From positions 26,040,001-26,104,000 of the forward strand of contig CM060731.1 in NCBI GenBank assembly GCA_030704615.1: 64,000 bases of DNA. The letters run 5' to 3'. Shown in pieces: positions 1 to 13,795 of the stretch. The DNA comes from Takakia lepidozioides. Lineage: Eukaryota > Plantae > Bryophyta. The notes beneath the pieces were generated by a model, which saw only the letters and a list, made by a program, of their open reading frames with translations, made no database searches and was not told the DNA's origin. Position 1 is the stretch's first letter; the number at the start of each line of letters is the position of its first letter. A program made the translations under genes and the position numbers.

Positions 1-937
1 ATCACCCATTCTCCTAGTCCGCCATGAGCATCGGCCAATTAATATTTCCCTCAAATCTTGGATCAATGCCTCACCACTAGCCAATGTGGACAACTCACAC
101 AGCAAAAGGTGAAGATCCAAAGCTTTAGTGACGGATTCAATTGTTAGTGATGTTGCAACAACTCAACATAATAAAATTTCCTGCATGGTGCAGATGAATT
201 GTAACAGGGATTTGCAAGAAGGGGTTGAACTTGTGCTGGAGGTCAGCAAGCTTGATGCTGTGGGTCTGGAGCCTCAAGCAAGCCTTATCGAGCTCCCACA
301 GTCTAGTGCGCTGGTGGGTGAAACGAGTTCCATCAATCTCACCCCCAAGCCCATCAGGTAGGTCCTTATGTGAGAACTTATCACCTCCTGCTAGTTGTGC
401 ACTTTCTACTTGTCATTGAGTCTACCCAATGCATTTTCTCGAAGACTTTGTGTTACCTATATATCAAGGATAGAAACTTAACAGCTGGACATTGCTGAAA
501 AACTTGTGCTTGACTGGTGGATGGAGCCACAGTGAGTTGAAGATTGAACGCAAATGGTCTGACACCTGGAAGCAGGTTGTGAAGGGTGTTTTAAACCGGC
601 ACCGGCGGGAGAGGGTTCGGTACGCACTTGTACTCCACCAGCTTCTCGCTGTCTAGATGCTTTCTAAGTTTGGTTATGGAGTTTTGGAGTGTGTGTGTAA
701 GAGAGCGGTGTTATGAAGTTTGATCTAAGGTGTCTTCCCCTTCCTCCATCATCACAAGTACAGAGGAAGCAGTCTTCATGGTGCACTGATAGCGAAGTAA
801 AGGCTTATAGGCCAGTTTTGTGGTAACGAGGTGTCTGCTTCATAAAAGTCGCATCTCTGAAATTCAAATTTCTCAATTTGGTATCCACTTGGGCCCTACC
901 TGCACATCTGAAGGGAAGTGAAGGGTATAACTCACAG

Positions 938-3900
938 GGGGGTTTGGAGGGTTTGAGAATGACAGAGATTTGGCCATTAAATCAATGCATCCGCCAGTTG
1001 CGGCTATCCCGAAGTCAGACACAACAAAAGAGCGGCTTCGGGTGATACTAAGGTACATACACTCATCATATGTATCAGCTTGTCAATAAATATAATCTTC
1101 CGTTTCAATGGTTGGTATGGTGTTAAATATGGCTGTGGCTTCATTCCTCTGTGTAATTAAGGCTTTCATCTTGGAGCCTAGTAAACTCAGCTTAATCAAG
1201 TCCAGTTGGTTTGCCGGATCTGCTAAGTCTGATCTCTGAAGGTTGAGTGAATTATCACTTGGACACTGATATGGCTCATTCAATATACTCTATGAACTCT
1301 CATTGTCTACATGCCAAGAGGAGAAGCAGTCTGACTATCAGAGCCCCTTTCTGAGGAGTCCCACTTTTTTAATTAGATCGCTAACAATAGTAGCTGAACT
1401 CTACCCATGATGCTTAGAACTTTTTCTTGCAGGAATTGCTGCACGATTTATTAGGTGAATTACAGAGTACTAAACTAATCTCAAAAAGTGATCAAAATGA
1501 TGAATGATGATTAGATAATGGTCTCAATAATGGCCGGGTGACAACTCTGCTGTTGATTTTTGACATTGTATGCACCATCTCCACTACCAAAATCTTCAGG
1601 ATACAAAATGGAGCACAAAATTTTACTCGACAATTGGTACAAATGCAAGGATGTTGGGTTTTAGACAGTTGAGAATGCCTTTGTTCAGATGGCAGCTGTG
1701 CTCATGTATTCAGGCTCTCACAGTCATGAATTGGATTACTGCAGCAACCACTTCCTCTTTGGAGACCTAGAAAACGACTTGAGAGAGGAAATAATAGATT
1801 CATGCCAGGATGTTCGCGTCTCGCCGGGGACAGAAATCATCAAGCAGGGTGATGTTGCTGACAATTTCTACATTATTGTAAGTGTGTCTGAAAATTCAAC
1901 ATTACCCACCTAAGTTCCACTTTCTCTAGTGCAACCACAGCCACAGGTGTCAAATCTGTGTGGAGGTAGATGACTAAAGTAGCATGCATAGGATCAACCT
2001 CATGTCAACACCTACTCTCAACAGTGAATGCCTTATAACTGGATTTTTATCAGCTGTGCATAAGCACTGGCAAATCATGGCTGAGTTGTATACCTGGTGG
2101 GTCAAATCCCAGAACTGACTTTGAGCATACTAACCTGCCCATCTCTGCCCTCAAGGTTTTACAATATCCGTACATGGGGAATTTTTATCCAGTCTTTGAA
2201 TCTTCTTTTCTAATTTTATGGTACAAGCAGTAAAAAACTGCTCATTGCAGTCAATATCCACATTGGTAGATCACTTGTTGATGTGATTTGAAGCCCTGTT
2301 TGCTCTGTATACAGGATGTGGGTGACTTCGATATTCTAGCGAAAAAGGTGAGTGCAACTTCTTTGCACTCTTTTCATAATTTTAGTGTTGAATTTCCTTT
2401 CCCAGGTGTTGTACAGTACTGCTATGAAGGGAAATCCACTAGAGTGAGCAAATATGCAGCTGGAACATCTAGCTCTGCGGCTCTGTGTTTGCAGGATCCT
2501 GGAACTAAATGAATGGGATTCAAGCTCAGAGATCTCACCTAGTAGAATGGAAATGTTTCCCTCTGGAATGTCACAAAATAAGTTCAGGTTTGCATCCTTG
2601 TAGGATCATGAACCATACGTGTTATTGAGGTCGAAAGGTGCTGGAGAGAGCTTTGGAGAGTTGGCAATGATGTATGACACCACACGCAATGCCACTGTGA
2701 AGGCCACATCACATGCTCTCCTGTGGGCTGTCAATCGAACTACCTTCAAGTTCATTCTAGGCCAGCACCTCACTGGATCTCCAACTGCCCAGGTTTATTC
2801 CTCGCACATGCAAAGACTTTACATTCAGTATGTTTTCTCACATAGACCTATCACTCGCTCGCCCGATTCTTGGGTCTGCATTTTATGCTGTACTACAGGG
2901 CTTTCTTGAGAAACCCAAAAACCCAGCATCAGCTGGATCTTAAGGTAATACACTAATAGAGTGACCTTCGATTGACAGTAGTAGCGCACCTTCTCTCTCG
3001 TCTCCCCCTCCCATCTGGGCCCCTTTTACGAGTCTTCCCTCCAAATGCACGATTGTACACATGGCTAAGCATATCCAAATTTTCTGACAGAGTATCTTGG
3101 AATATTGCTCCAGGATAGGAAAACATCTTTTGTTTGAAGCCCTTTCGGGGAGCCAGGGGCAATTGCTGGTAAGGAGATGTTCCTTGAACTCAGAAAATTA
3201 CTGACATAAGGTCCTTCGATTCACAGGTGTTGAAAGAAGCACCTGCTTTGAAGAAATTATCAACGAAGGATGTTGTGGCATTGAGCAAGAGCTGCATGAT
3301 TCAACAATTTAGACGGGGGCAGCCGATATTAAAGGCCGGCTCCAACTTGGATAAGGTTTACTGAAGCCGTGAACAGTCCTAGTATTGTGGGGAGCAATTT
3401 AACCTTTTCTATTTAAAGTTGATGTTTTTGGTAAAGCATGATATGTAGGTCTTCTCCATCACACAGTGAAGTTTATTCTGGAGCCTTGTTGGGATGAAAG
3501 TTATGCTCCCCCAGTCAACTGGACCCTTCCCAACATGGGCTCTAATGGAAATTTTGACAACCAGATGGAGTTAGTATCAGGACTGAAATAAATGCACCAG
3601 GAAATGTTGAAACACCTATTATATTATTTACCTTGGCGTGATTGGTGCTCTAGGTGTGTGTAGTACAAGATGGTCAAGTGAGGGTGAGCTGGGGCGCTAC
3701 CGTAGGGAACCCAATCATAGGAAAAGGTGCTGTTGGGGGGGAGACACTGGCTGTGATGAATCGCCTGGAAGTTCTTGGGGAGGCAGTGCTTTTAAATGAG
3801 GAGACCAACAACCCTTGCCACTATACTGCCTCCTCCGACCAGGTAACATCCCATCTGTCTCATTTTTCTTGACAAGGAGGATGGGAAGCACTCCAAATGA

Positions 3901-6900
3901 AGGGAATGAAAAACCTCAAGCACAACCTTTGCACACAAAGAAACTCTTTAACAGGTGGGCAGACATAACAAGAGAGGACCATCTCCAGGTGATGTTTAGA
4001 GTCCTTTATGGTGGTGTTTTTGTAGTCCTCAAGTCCCCCTTACCAATTTTATTAAGTTTCATACTTGCGTTTTATCTTTCTCTGTCTTCGTCTTTAGGGT
4101 AACTTTTGGAGCGAATCCAGCTATAAAAAGGGGGTCACTGGGTCAATCAGTTACCTAATCTGTGGTACCTGGGGCTTCTGAGTCTTTGGGGGAAGGTTTA
4201 GGCAACCGCATTGCCCTGGTTACAGGCGTTCAAAGGCAACCATTTCCACACGGAAGGCAGTATTGCTTCGTGATGAAGAGACGCTGTAATTTATGCTTTC
4301 TTCAGGTGGAGTCCACCTTTGTTTTTCCCCCCATGGGCCCTTGGAGACATGATGAAGTTCCTTTCTTCCTGCCCAGCTTGCACTGGGAACAACAGGGAAA
4401 TCAAAAGTGAAGGATTTCTCTTCTTTCACTGCCCTTTCTACTATGAGATCCGTGGGAGAGTGATACCCAGTCTCTCACGGAGGTCTTCCATTTCTTTGCA
4501 ACAGGGCTCTAGTGAAGAGCTTTCTGGCCCTCAAAACGGTTTTGATACAATGGTCTTCTTATGACACTGGAAAAGCCTTTTGGCATACGGGAATGTGTTT
4601 AATAACCAATCTGTGTCAATGCTGCCGCAAGTAGCTACTTTGCAGATAAGCCTGTTAAGATAGAGGATGCATTTTGAATTTCTGATGCTATCAAATCACA
4701 AAGCTCTGGCCAAAGGAAGTTCAGTCTATCCGAGAAGGCCTTGATATGTTTCATATGGTCAACACAAATCTTTGTTCAACAGTAGAAGTGATTGCTGCTC
4801 GGATTAGACTTCCCACCATGCTTTGGAAAGTCCTTCACATCAGCTGATTCTCTACCTAGGCCTGCTGTTGCATGACGGAAGTATATTGCTCACTGTCTGT
4901 CAGGGCATTCTTAATGTTGAGTCTGAACGGAATACCTGGTGGATGGGATTTTTTTATAGGTTACTATCATAGTAATGGATCGAGTGCTATTTACCAAGGA
5001 CATGCTCACTGCCATCAGAAAGGGGCTGCAGATTCAGCTTATCACAGTAGCCCTGCAGCGAGTGCCTGCATTTCTGGAGCTTAGTCCTAGCCAACTCTCT
5101 GGCTTGGCAGAAAGTTTCAAGGAAACCAACTATCCAAAAGGTCTTTTTACAATCCCGTTGAGAATCGTGTGGTTTTGTGATCAACCCCCTAAAAAGCTTG
5201 GTAATTGTCTAGGCACGCCATAAGTGTCATTCATTCTATTCCCAGCTTCTTCTCCTGCTTATATACTGATATATGGGTTATGAGGCACTTGGCCAATCTC
5301 GTATTTTAACATGGCAAACTGACGAATCATGAAGCTCAGTGAGCTGTGGCTTATGGCTACATCAGAGGCTGTGCTATGGGGTCTGGTGTGGACTCAAGAA
5401 GTGGTTTTTTGTCTCATGGTCATTAGTTAGACACAAGAAGCCTTGATTGCATTGAAAGGCTTAAAAGCCTTTATCGGTTAAGCGGGTGCTACAAGCCCAT
5501 GGTCATTCTTTTTCTCTTCTGAGTGCAAGGAAAACCTGCCATTTCCAGCAAGGTGCAGACCATGACTGAGCACCTACACCTTGGGTGGCCTAGACTCTTT
5601 CACCTACAAGGCACAGCTATGCATTGCAAAGCCTTTTACACACCAGGAATCATAGCATTGATGCTCTCAATAGTGCCTATTTGACTAGAACATTCCTGCC
5701 GTTGGCAAGGAGGATTGGTTGCTCCCAATTAACCAAAATAAAATTGGCTGGACTTGGCCAGATTTGATCATTGGTACTTGGTACATCTGTGGTACACAGG
5801 GAAAGAGATCACAAGAAGCGGCGACATTAAGGGGTCTGCTGCACGAATTTATGTGGTCCAAAGTGGGGTTGTGGCAATGTACAGAAGTCCCAACGAGGAA
5901 AGGCTGGAGATAGCAAAGGGCGACAGTAATAGGGACAAAGCTAGAAGTTCTGTTTCTAGTTCAGGTGAACCAGGAAGCAAGGGGAACTCAGTCGTCAAGA
6001 GCTCAAATAGCTCCACTTCAGGAACTTCAAACAGCAGCAAACTGCAATCTCAACACAGCGGCAACTACAGTCTACCAGAGGAATCACGTGTAGGCCAAGA
6101 GGCTAAGACACTCCTGGGGCCCCTTGCACCTGCATCAAGTACGTCTATCAAGGCTGTGGAGCTACAGTCTGCAGAGAAGAAGAGTTTGAATGGAACTCAG
6201 CAACAGTCTGCAGATAAGAAGGGTATGAATGGGAGTCAGCAACTCTCTACAGATAAGAGGAGTTTGAGTGGGAATCAGCCAAGTCTGAGAGAGAGTACCA
6301 TGTGAGTTATCTTCCCTTCTTTTTCTCTAACTTTGGAACCTTGAGTTGTCTCTTTGTGATGTTTGGGATTTTTGATCACATGCCCTGCATACTATGAGAT
6401 CAGGGGCAGGTAAAAGTGTTTCTTTGGAGAGTTCCCATCTGTTCAGCTTCAAGGACCAGAAGTACTTGGCAACCATTGTTTCTCCTTTTTCCCATGATTC
6501 GCCTGGGCCTGGATCGTGCAAGCACTTCCTTCCTTCTTTTTTATTTCTTTCCGCTTTCTGTCTTAATGCAGGTGACAACATATGATTGTTTCATGCAGCA
6601 TGGTGCCTTGGACTTTTACAACCTACAGTGTGTTTGGTGATGAGTGTTTGCTAAGCAATGCCAAAGATGAGAGCAGTGGGCCACCATGCCAAGCAACCAC
6701 GGTGGCACAAACTCCAACTGGAGTTTTGATCTTGTCAATCTCCTTGGCAGAAATAACAACCATTTTAGGCCCCATTCAGGAGCTTCTATCACGTGTTGCC
6801 AACATGAGGGTGCTAAGGTGCTTTCCTCACCTGTGTTTTTGTATAGTAGAATTATCTATGAGCTTGAGAGCTATTGAGATTCACATATCACTAGACAAGT

Positions 6901-9900
6901 CTTATAGCGGTTATATGCCCTGCTCATAAACAAAAGGATTTTTACTGCTCAACAGAATTATGTTTCTAGCCTTAATTGTCTATGTTCTATGCAGCACCAG
7001 AAGAAAATAGACTGCATTTCAGATAAGCTGAATGGAAGAGTGTATTTGTTCTAACTCCCATTCACAATGAGCCCAGTGAGAGAGAGCATACTCGTTTGCA
7101 CTCATTGTTTGTATGTCAAGCAGTCACCTCATCCGGCTTGTTAAATATTCAACAGACTTCCCGGCCCCCCCTCCCTTTTGCCACAATGCTCTCTTGCTGT
7201 ATTCAAATCCTTCCTATGTGGTGCATGGGATTTTCTATTCCTGTTACATGGTTTTCGTCCTTGGTTCTGAGATTATGAGCTGAATGCAGTCTCTAAAGTC
7301 CGACACAAATTTGTAGTCAGGACATAAATGTACATTGCACATCACTGGAGAAGCTCTTCAAGCAACGGTAATTCTGTACGTTCTAGCAACCATTACAGTC
7401 TGAGACAACCACGGCTACAATCTAATGACGGAATTGGTGAATTTGCAGAAAGGTTCCGTGTTTAGAGTACCTCACAAGCACTGAGATTACCTTGCTGTCA
7501 CATTCAATGGGCATCCACAGATTGAGACCTGGGGAACCAGTCTACAAGGCTGGTGAACCCGGGGATCGCCTCTACATAGTCCACCGAGGGACAGTTGTGG
7601 AGACTACACACAGTGGCAAGGGTGACCAAGTCATCCTTGTCAAGGGGGCTTTTTTGGGGGAAGATGCTCTTTTAAGCAGTGAGCCCAGGCTGTCCACAAT
7701 GGTTGCGGGCCCGAGCGAACCTCACTCTCTGTTAGGTACAGTACATCCCCCGGATAACAATGGATATTATGAAGTTTCTTTCCTTCTTTTGCACATTTTT
7801 TAACAGGACATCTCTTCTTTCATTGCATTACGAGGATCAGAAATGCTTGTTAGCTTACTTGCATGAAGCGTTGACTCTTAGACAATCCCCCCTGAGCTTT
7901 AGTTGCTTTTGGGCTGTTTGTGGCCCCTCTCTCTTTCTTGTTTGTTTCTTCCTATTCTCCCATAAGCTCTTTGAGCTTCAGGCCAACGTTGTAAAGTACC
8001 CTTTCATTTCATTTCTTCTCTCTTTCTCTTGCTATTTCTCTTTTCTGCTCCTGGTCAATGGCCCAGAGGCTACCGTAAACAATGTCCTATGAGTACATTC
8101 TCTTCTGCTCCATTCAAACCGGGAGGGCAATAGAATGTACTCATGAGACGTTGTTTGCTGTAGCCTTGCGGCTATAGACCCCGCGCCCGGTTTGGCTGAA
8201 CAAAATTGAACAGATACTACCTTTGTGAGGAGCTCATTCCGGTAATGTGACTTACCTTGACAAAGACAATTAGTTTGGGTTTTCCAGATATCCTCTTGAA
8301 AGCCCTTCACACAAACGTCACCTTGCTGTGTGTGAGCTGCCCATCAATTAGACCCCAACAGGGCCAGGGCTTTACGCTGACCTCAAGATTTTCAAAGTTG
8401 GTGAACAGGAGTGTTGTTCTTGATGGTCCTGATGAGGATCACCCTCTGGTGAGAATATCTGGAGAAATGTGGTATGTAAAGTAGCACAGGAGATAGTCCG
8501 CACTGATTTTATTGGAATGGGGTGATATCAGTTACGGTTTCTCCAGAAGACAATTCTGATTTTACATGGGATGACTGTGTGGCAGGAGCAGAATTGTTCT
8601 ATTTGGATAGGGCAGTGTTGGAGGCCAATTTAGGACCGTTGCGAGAATTGAATGAGTTAAGGAGACGTGAAAATGAGAAGCGTGGTATTGTCAAGAGTAT
8701 CACTTTTGAAGAACTGCAGGAGATTGGGCTTCTTGGGACTGGTATTGTAACCTGCCCCTCCTGGGGTGTTCTTTCTCTCACTCACACAAGCATTGGTCTT
8801 TCTGTTAATGTGGGGCTGAGTGGTTGGATACCTCCAATCAGCTCTCAGAGGTTAGTATCCGGCAGGGAAAGCAAACATCGTAACCAATATCCCCAGGGAG
8901 TGCTCACTTGTTTCATTTGGAAATCAGCTATGAGATCTGGCAATATTTTCACCAAGCAAAGACAGGGAGCCAATGAGATGTTTTCTTTTTTCTTCACAAC
9001 TGAACCTGACTTTTTCCTTCAAATACGGGTTGTGTGCAGGTCTGTTTGGGAAAGTGAAACTGGTGTATAGTCGGCGCACCAAGGAGCATTATGCTCTCAA
9101 ATGTGTGAGCAAAGCAAAGGTGTTGACTGACTCTATTTCCATCTCCCTCCCACAGTCAATGGACCCAGGGAATGTTCAATGAGTACATCTCTCTCATACA
9201 AAAAAATTTCTGCAAAATCACTCAATATTGACAGAGTGATGGGTGAGGACGTAGGTTGCAAGAATGCAAGAGGAGGAACATTTAAGAAATGAAAAGATGC
9301 ACATGTCAGAGCTGGATCACCCCTTCATCACCAAGCTGATTCGGACCTTTAAAGATCAGAAAAATGTGAGATGACAGACACCCCCTATCTCCCTTTTTTT
9401 CCTCTTTTCTCTCCCCTCTTGTGGGCCCTGAAATCTATTTAAGTGAAGTTGTGTGAGTGCATTGTCAGATCTTTTGAATTCGTTTTGTCTTGAGTGCATT
9501 GTGGAAAATTGACTCAGACAGGAAGAAACGTGGACCACATAGAGAATAACCCTCTCTCGTTGGGTGGTGATATCAATTAAGTACAGACATTACTCAAGCA
9601 ACTCATTTACAGACAGCCTGTTAGTGAAGTTTGGTTTGGTTGAATGATGCAGGTGTATTTGTTGCAAGAGCTGACCACAGGGAGGGAGCTGTTTTTGTTC
9701 ATGGAAAAAGTGGGGCGTTTGCAAGATTGGGAGGCTGCTTTCTATGCTGGTGGAGTTCTTCTTGCGTATGTCCTATCTCTTCCGTCCTCCACAAGTACAA
9801 AGGAAAATACGGAGTGCTAATAGCCTTTCTATGTTAGATACCCCTTAAGACCAACATCCACATCAGTGGCTAAAGTCTTATATATAAGGATCCAATTGTG

Positions 9901-12525
9901 AAGAAGTGAGCTCTATATATCGCACATTGGGCCTGGGAGCACCCCCTTTACCCTTTACTTGCCTGGATATGAAAGCCAGATCTATACACGACATAAGTAT
10001 CCAGGACAACTACTTTCAAACCAAAATTTGGACATATATGAGAAGTTGACATGAGCTTGGGTGGCGGGATTGCAGGCTAGAATACATGCATAGCAAAGGG
10101 ATCGTGTACCGTGATCTCAAACCTGAGAATACTTTGATTGGAGAGAATGGGTACCCAAAGCTAATTGATATGGGATTTGCAAAGCGCATTCACAATCGCC
10201 GAACGTACTCGATGTGTGGCACCCCCGATTACATGGCCCCAGAAATTATCAAGCGTCAAGGCCATGGAAAGGCTGTGGATTATTGGGCACTTGGTTGTAT
10301 GATCTTTGAAATGATCACCAATACAAGTCCCTTCAATAGGGGTGACGACCCCCCACAGGTATCTTTAATCGTGCAGAAATGGACACATGTAAAGCAGTAT
10401 AGTTTCAATGAAAAGGAAAATTGTAAATAGAAACTTTAACCTGAATTTTTGTGCAAGAGCGTGATGAAAGATTTACACTGCAGACTATGTTTCAATAAAT
10501 TGCACCCTAGGGATTGCAAGAAGACTCAACCTTGGCGCCCTTAGGCACTGTGTGCCTAACAATATCTTCTGTTAAGGAGAACACTGGCAGAACATGGATG
10601 GTGACTCTGCTCTTGAATGGTAAAGCTAATAAAAGCCCTGCATCGTTCACTGCAAGGTGGAAATTTGCACATTTTAACCTCCCCACACTGGAAGTTACCT
10701 ATTGTCGTACAGAGAGTTTGTCTGAAGCATGCAAGAGGGTGGGATGTGGGGTGTAGGTTGTGTTTCAAAAGATCACAGAGGGGCGAATGAAGTTTCCATC
10801 CTACATGGCTGCCAATGCTGTTGACATTGTGAAGAGGCTGCTCGATCCTAACCCAGAGACGCGCCTGGGATGTCGCAAGTTTGGCCCTGCTGAAATCAAG
10901 GAGCACCCTTTCTTCACCAAAGAAATTAACTTTCAGCTTCTCATTCGCCAAAAGGAGGAGCCGCCGGTAAGGTTCTCCATTCAAAGCACCAAAGCTAAAA
11001 TCTACTGTATGTTTGATGATGAACCTCTCTTGCAAGATTTGATATACACTGATGTGGTTCTTTGTTTGTTCTACCTTGTCCCATGGGCCATGGTGACCCC
11101 TTGTGTTTTTTCTCTTTCTTTCTGACGTTAAAAAGTTCCATTTCATTTGTTTTCTTTTCTTTTCTTTCCATTTTGTCCCATAAGCTCTATGGGCTTTCCG
11201 CTTTTTCCATTTTGTACCATAAGCTCTTTGAGCTTTCCGCGGACATTATAAATTACCATTTCATTTCATTTCTTTCTGTAAGAGTACCATTTCATTTCTT
11301 TGCCTCTTTGCATGTTTCTATTGTGTTTGTTCTAGTAGTGCCTTGGACCCTTAAGGCTCGTTCTTTCATTCTTTCTGCCTGCGGATAGAGACTAGTTGGT
11401 GGGAAAATCTGCAACGGTTGGTTGCGCTGGGAACTACAGGGAAATTGAAAGCGAAGAGCATTTCTTCTTTCACTGCCCTTTATACTATGAGATCCGTGGG
11501 AGATTCAATCCTTCTTCCTGGATACCGACCTCTCATGGAGCTCTTCCATTACGAGGATCAGAAATGCTTGGCAGCTTACCTGCATGAAGCATTGACTCTT
11601 ACTTGAGCTTTAGTTGCTTTTGGGATGTTTTTGGCCTCTCTGTTTCTTTTGTTTCCTTTTTCCTCTTGTCCCATACGCTCTTTGAGCTTCCAGCAGACGT
11701 TATACAATACCATTTCATTTCTATCTGATTTTCTGCTGAAAAGAGGATCACCCCAGATGAACTGTATTAAATGACAACATCAACCACAATCTTGCCACAA
11801 GTAGAACACGAGGGCCCTTGGGGTCCCCTGTGGCCGTTATGCAGTTTTTCCTTCTCTTTCTTGGCCCCCTCTCTTTCTCGTCCCATAAGCTCTTTGAGCT
11901 TTCTGTGGACGTTATGGAGCTGTGTGGCCATGCCAAGCTTGAGTGACTACATCCATCCCCTACATTTGCAGTTGAGCCCTTCCAAACACAACAATGGGTC
12001 AATGCAAGGTGTAACATACACTGAAAGTGTCTTTCCTGTTCAAAGGCATTCTATCCACAGCAACAAGGAATGCTCTAAGTTTGGAGGCAAGCACAATGAA
12101 AGCCACATAATTAGCATATATACATGGAGTATGGTGATAATTGGGAAAGTCAGATGTGTATTTGGATGGCTTGTAGTTGGGGTTTGAGGTGAGGGGGGTT
12201 GCCATGCCAAAATCACATCCTAAAGAGCCTGGAGTGTTTTCATTGACAGAGCTGATAGCTTGAGACATGGGATGTTACAGAATGCATAATGTATAATGAA
12301 GTCATAGGATGACCAACTGACCAAAGGCCACTATCTGTTTTTCCTGCCTATAACAAAGCTGCAGCTGCTCGCATTCTAAAAGAGGGATTCTTGGTGCTCT
12401 TGCAGATGATTCCACCCAGAATATTTGACTACAAATCCCTGTGCATCGCCGATGACCATCCCGAGCCTCGTGAGAATCTTCCTGTTATGCAAAATGAGAA
12501 AGCCAACTGGGACGACATCTTTTGA
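938..12525 (+). CDS. cGMP/cAMP-dependent protein kinase (PKG-like, AGC group) with four cNMP-binding domains; spliced, 5' end unresolved
   Basis: Phase-compatible GT-AG exons traced by hand: 938-1052, 1745-1877, 2315-2347, 2604-2792, 3227-3355, 3654-3842, 4960-5140, 5800-6301, 6599-6817, 7449-7735, 8586-8741, 9040-9119, 9255-9365, 9653-9765, 10076-10358, 10757-10966, 12406-12525 (TGA). CNB motifs: IPKSDTTKERLRVILSNHFLF, IIKQGDVADNFYII, FGELAMMYDTTRNATV, GEDALLSSEPR. Kinase motifs: GTGLFGKV, YALK, YRDLKPEN, DMGFAK, CGTPDYMAPE, DYWALG. PKG-type C-terminus WDDIF-stop. No stop or frameshift in the joined exons. Confidence 0.93.
4360..4590 (+). mobile_element. LINE ORF2 3' end relic (C-terminal zinc-knuckle region) in a kinase intron
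   Basis: Translates CPAC...EIKSEGFLFFHCPFYYEIRGR; same family at ~6380, ~7815 and ~11400. Confidence 0.65.
6370..6500 (+). mobile_element. Diverged LINE 3' relic in a kinase intron
   Basis: TGCCCTGCATACTATGAGATCAGGGGCAGG (CPAYYEIRGR) and KDQKYL match the other copies. Confidence 0.5.
7815..8030 (+). mobile_element. LINE 3' relic (ORF end plus 3' UTR) in a kinase intron
   Basis: HYEDQKCLLAYLHEALTLR and CCCATAAGCTCTTTGAGCTT are closely similar to 11546-11720. Confidence 0.65.
11060..11930 (+). mobile_element. Cluster of LINE 3' relics in the last kinase intron
   Basis: EIESEEHFFFHCPLYYEIRGRF and LMELFHYEDQKCLAAYLHEALTL, plus several copies of the CATAAGCTCTTTGAGCTT UTR motif (~11180, 11218, 11670, 11882). 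Confidence 0.65.
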
Positions 12526-13139
12526 ACCACCATCTAGCTCACAGACTACAGTCAACTCATCTTCCATCTCTCCTGAACCCCTTCTAGCTACAGTAAATTA
12601 GTAGCATAATGGTCACTGCAGTGCACCGAATTGTCCTGGACACGATTGTGATATCAATCGGACAGTCAGTGATCAGAAATTTCACCCTCCGCCAAAAAGA
12701 TTTAAGGTTTTGGCTCTCACTGAGTTTGTTCTGTCTCCAAACATGAAAAGGATTAAAACAAGCCAAAGGCTTTGCATCCTGCTCTTGAGACCCATCTGAA
12801 TTGTCACTCTCAATGGCTAGTGCTGTTTGTTTTTCTGGCAAATTGTATTGAACTTGCGCACAAAATTTCTGAGATTGTGAAGAACCCATAGCCTGCAGTG
12901 CACTGTGATAGGGTGAGAAGGTTTTGAAAGTTAACCCCTGCCCAAGTACAAATTGAAAACACACACAAGTTTCACAACCCCTCCTCTGTAATTTGAGGCT
13001 ACAGACCTACCTTAGATGCATCCTTGAAAATGATCCTTACAAGTTCATTCAGGGTGTTGGTAGTGGTAGTTGGTGAGCGGGTGAGTAGGTGACAAAATGT
13101 TGGTGACCATAAAATCAAAAGTGAATATTATGTGAGCAC

Positions 13140-13322
13140 TTTTTCTTTTTTCTTTTTTTTGGGTTTCCAAAGCACTGGGCCTTGAGAGGGGAAATCCCCT
13201 TTCTGAGCCATGGAGACATTACAAGGGCAGAGCTCCAGCCTGAAGATAGAGAGACAGATGACAAAGGTTTGATTTGAACCCCAAATGCCCAGGCAAGTAA
13301 GAGTGGCTTACCACTACATCCC
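13140..13322 (-). mobile_element. tRNA-derived SINE
   Basis: Minus strand has an A-box-like GGGATGTAGTGGTAA, a B-box GGTTCAAATC, a CCCCTCTCAAGGCCC tail resembling the 14.5 kb and 47.3 kb SINEs, and an A-rich end. Confidence 0.55.
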
Positions 13323-13791
13323 TATTGTGTACACACTAGGGTTACCTGTTCTAGTGACGACTTCTGAGAACAATGTTCAAATTTTACAAAAAGTTCAATG
13401 TTATTTTCATTGGAAATATATTTTATCAGGAAAAAAATATGAATAACATAAAAATGTAATGAAGGGGTCCGATTTGACGGCACTTTCGCTAGATTCAAGC
13501 AGCATTGGCTTCTTGAGAAAAAAGGATACTCTCGATAAATTGATCACTTATCCTCTCCTGTTGCCCCAATTACTGCCGTTAGAAAGTGTTTACCTTCCAA
13601 CTCGAAAAGTAGTAGCCTTTCAAGGTGAAGTGACACCATAAGTTAAGTGTGCTTTGGCAAGAGTTTTTTTTCCATTCCTTTCTTCTTACATGGTTCAATA
13701 TCTCTTTATGTTGTAAATTTTAAATAACAAATACAACAGATTTTTTAAAGACTACACTTCAATAAAATCAAAAATTGAAAATTATTTTTAA

Positions 13792-13795
<4 letters not shown>

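Noticed and set aside
128-830. Possible upstream kinase exons (128-357, 577-619, ~730-797)
   Set aside because: Splice-like sites exist, but I could not build a phase-consistent chain to the exon at 938.
10556-11146. Long antisense ORFs (also 23217-23813, 49248-49958 and others)
   Set aside because: Shadows of real coding sequence on the opposite strand, with no motifs of their own.
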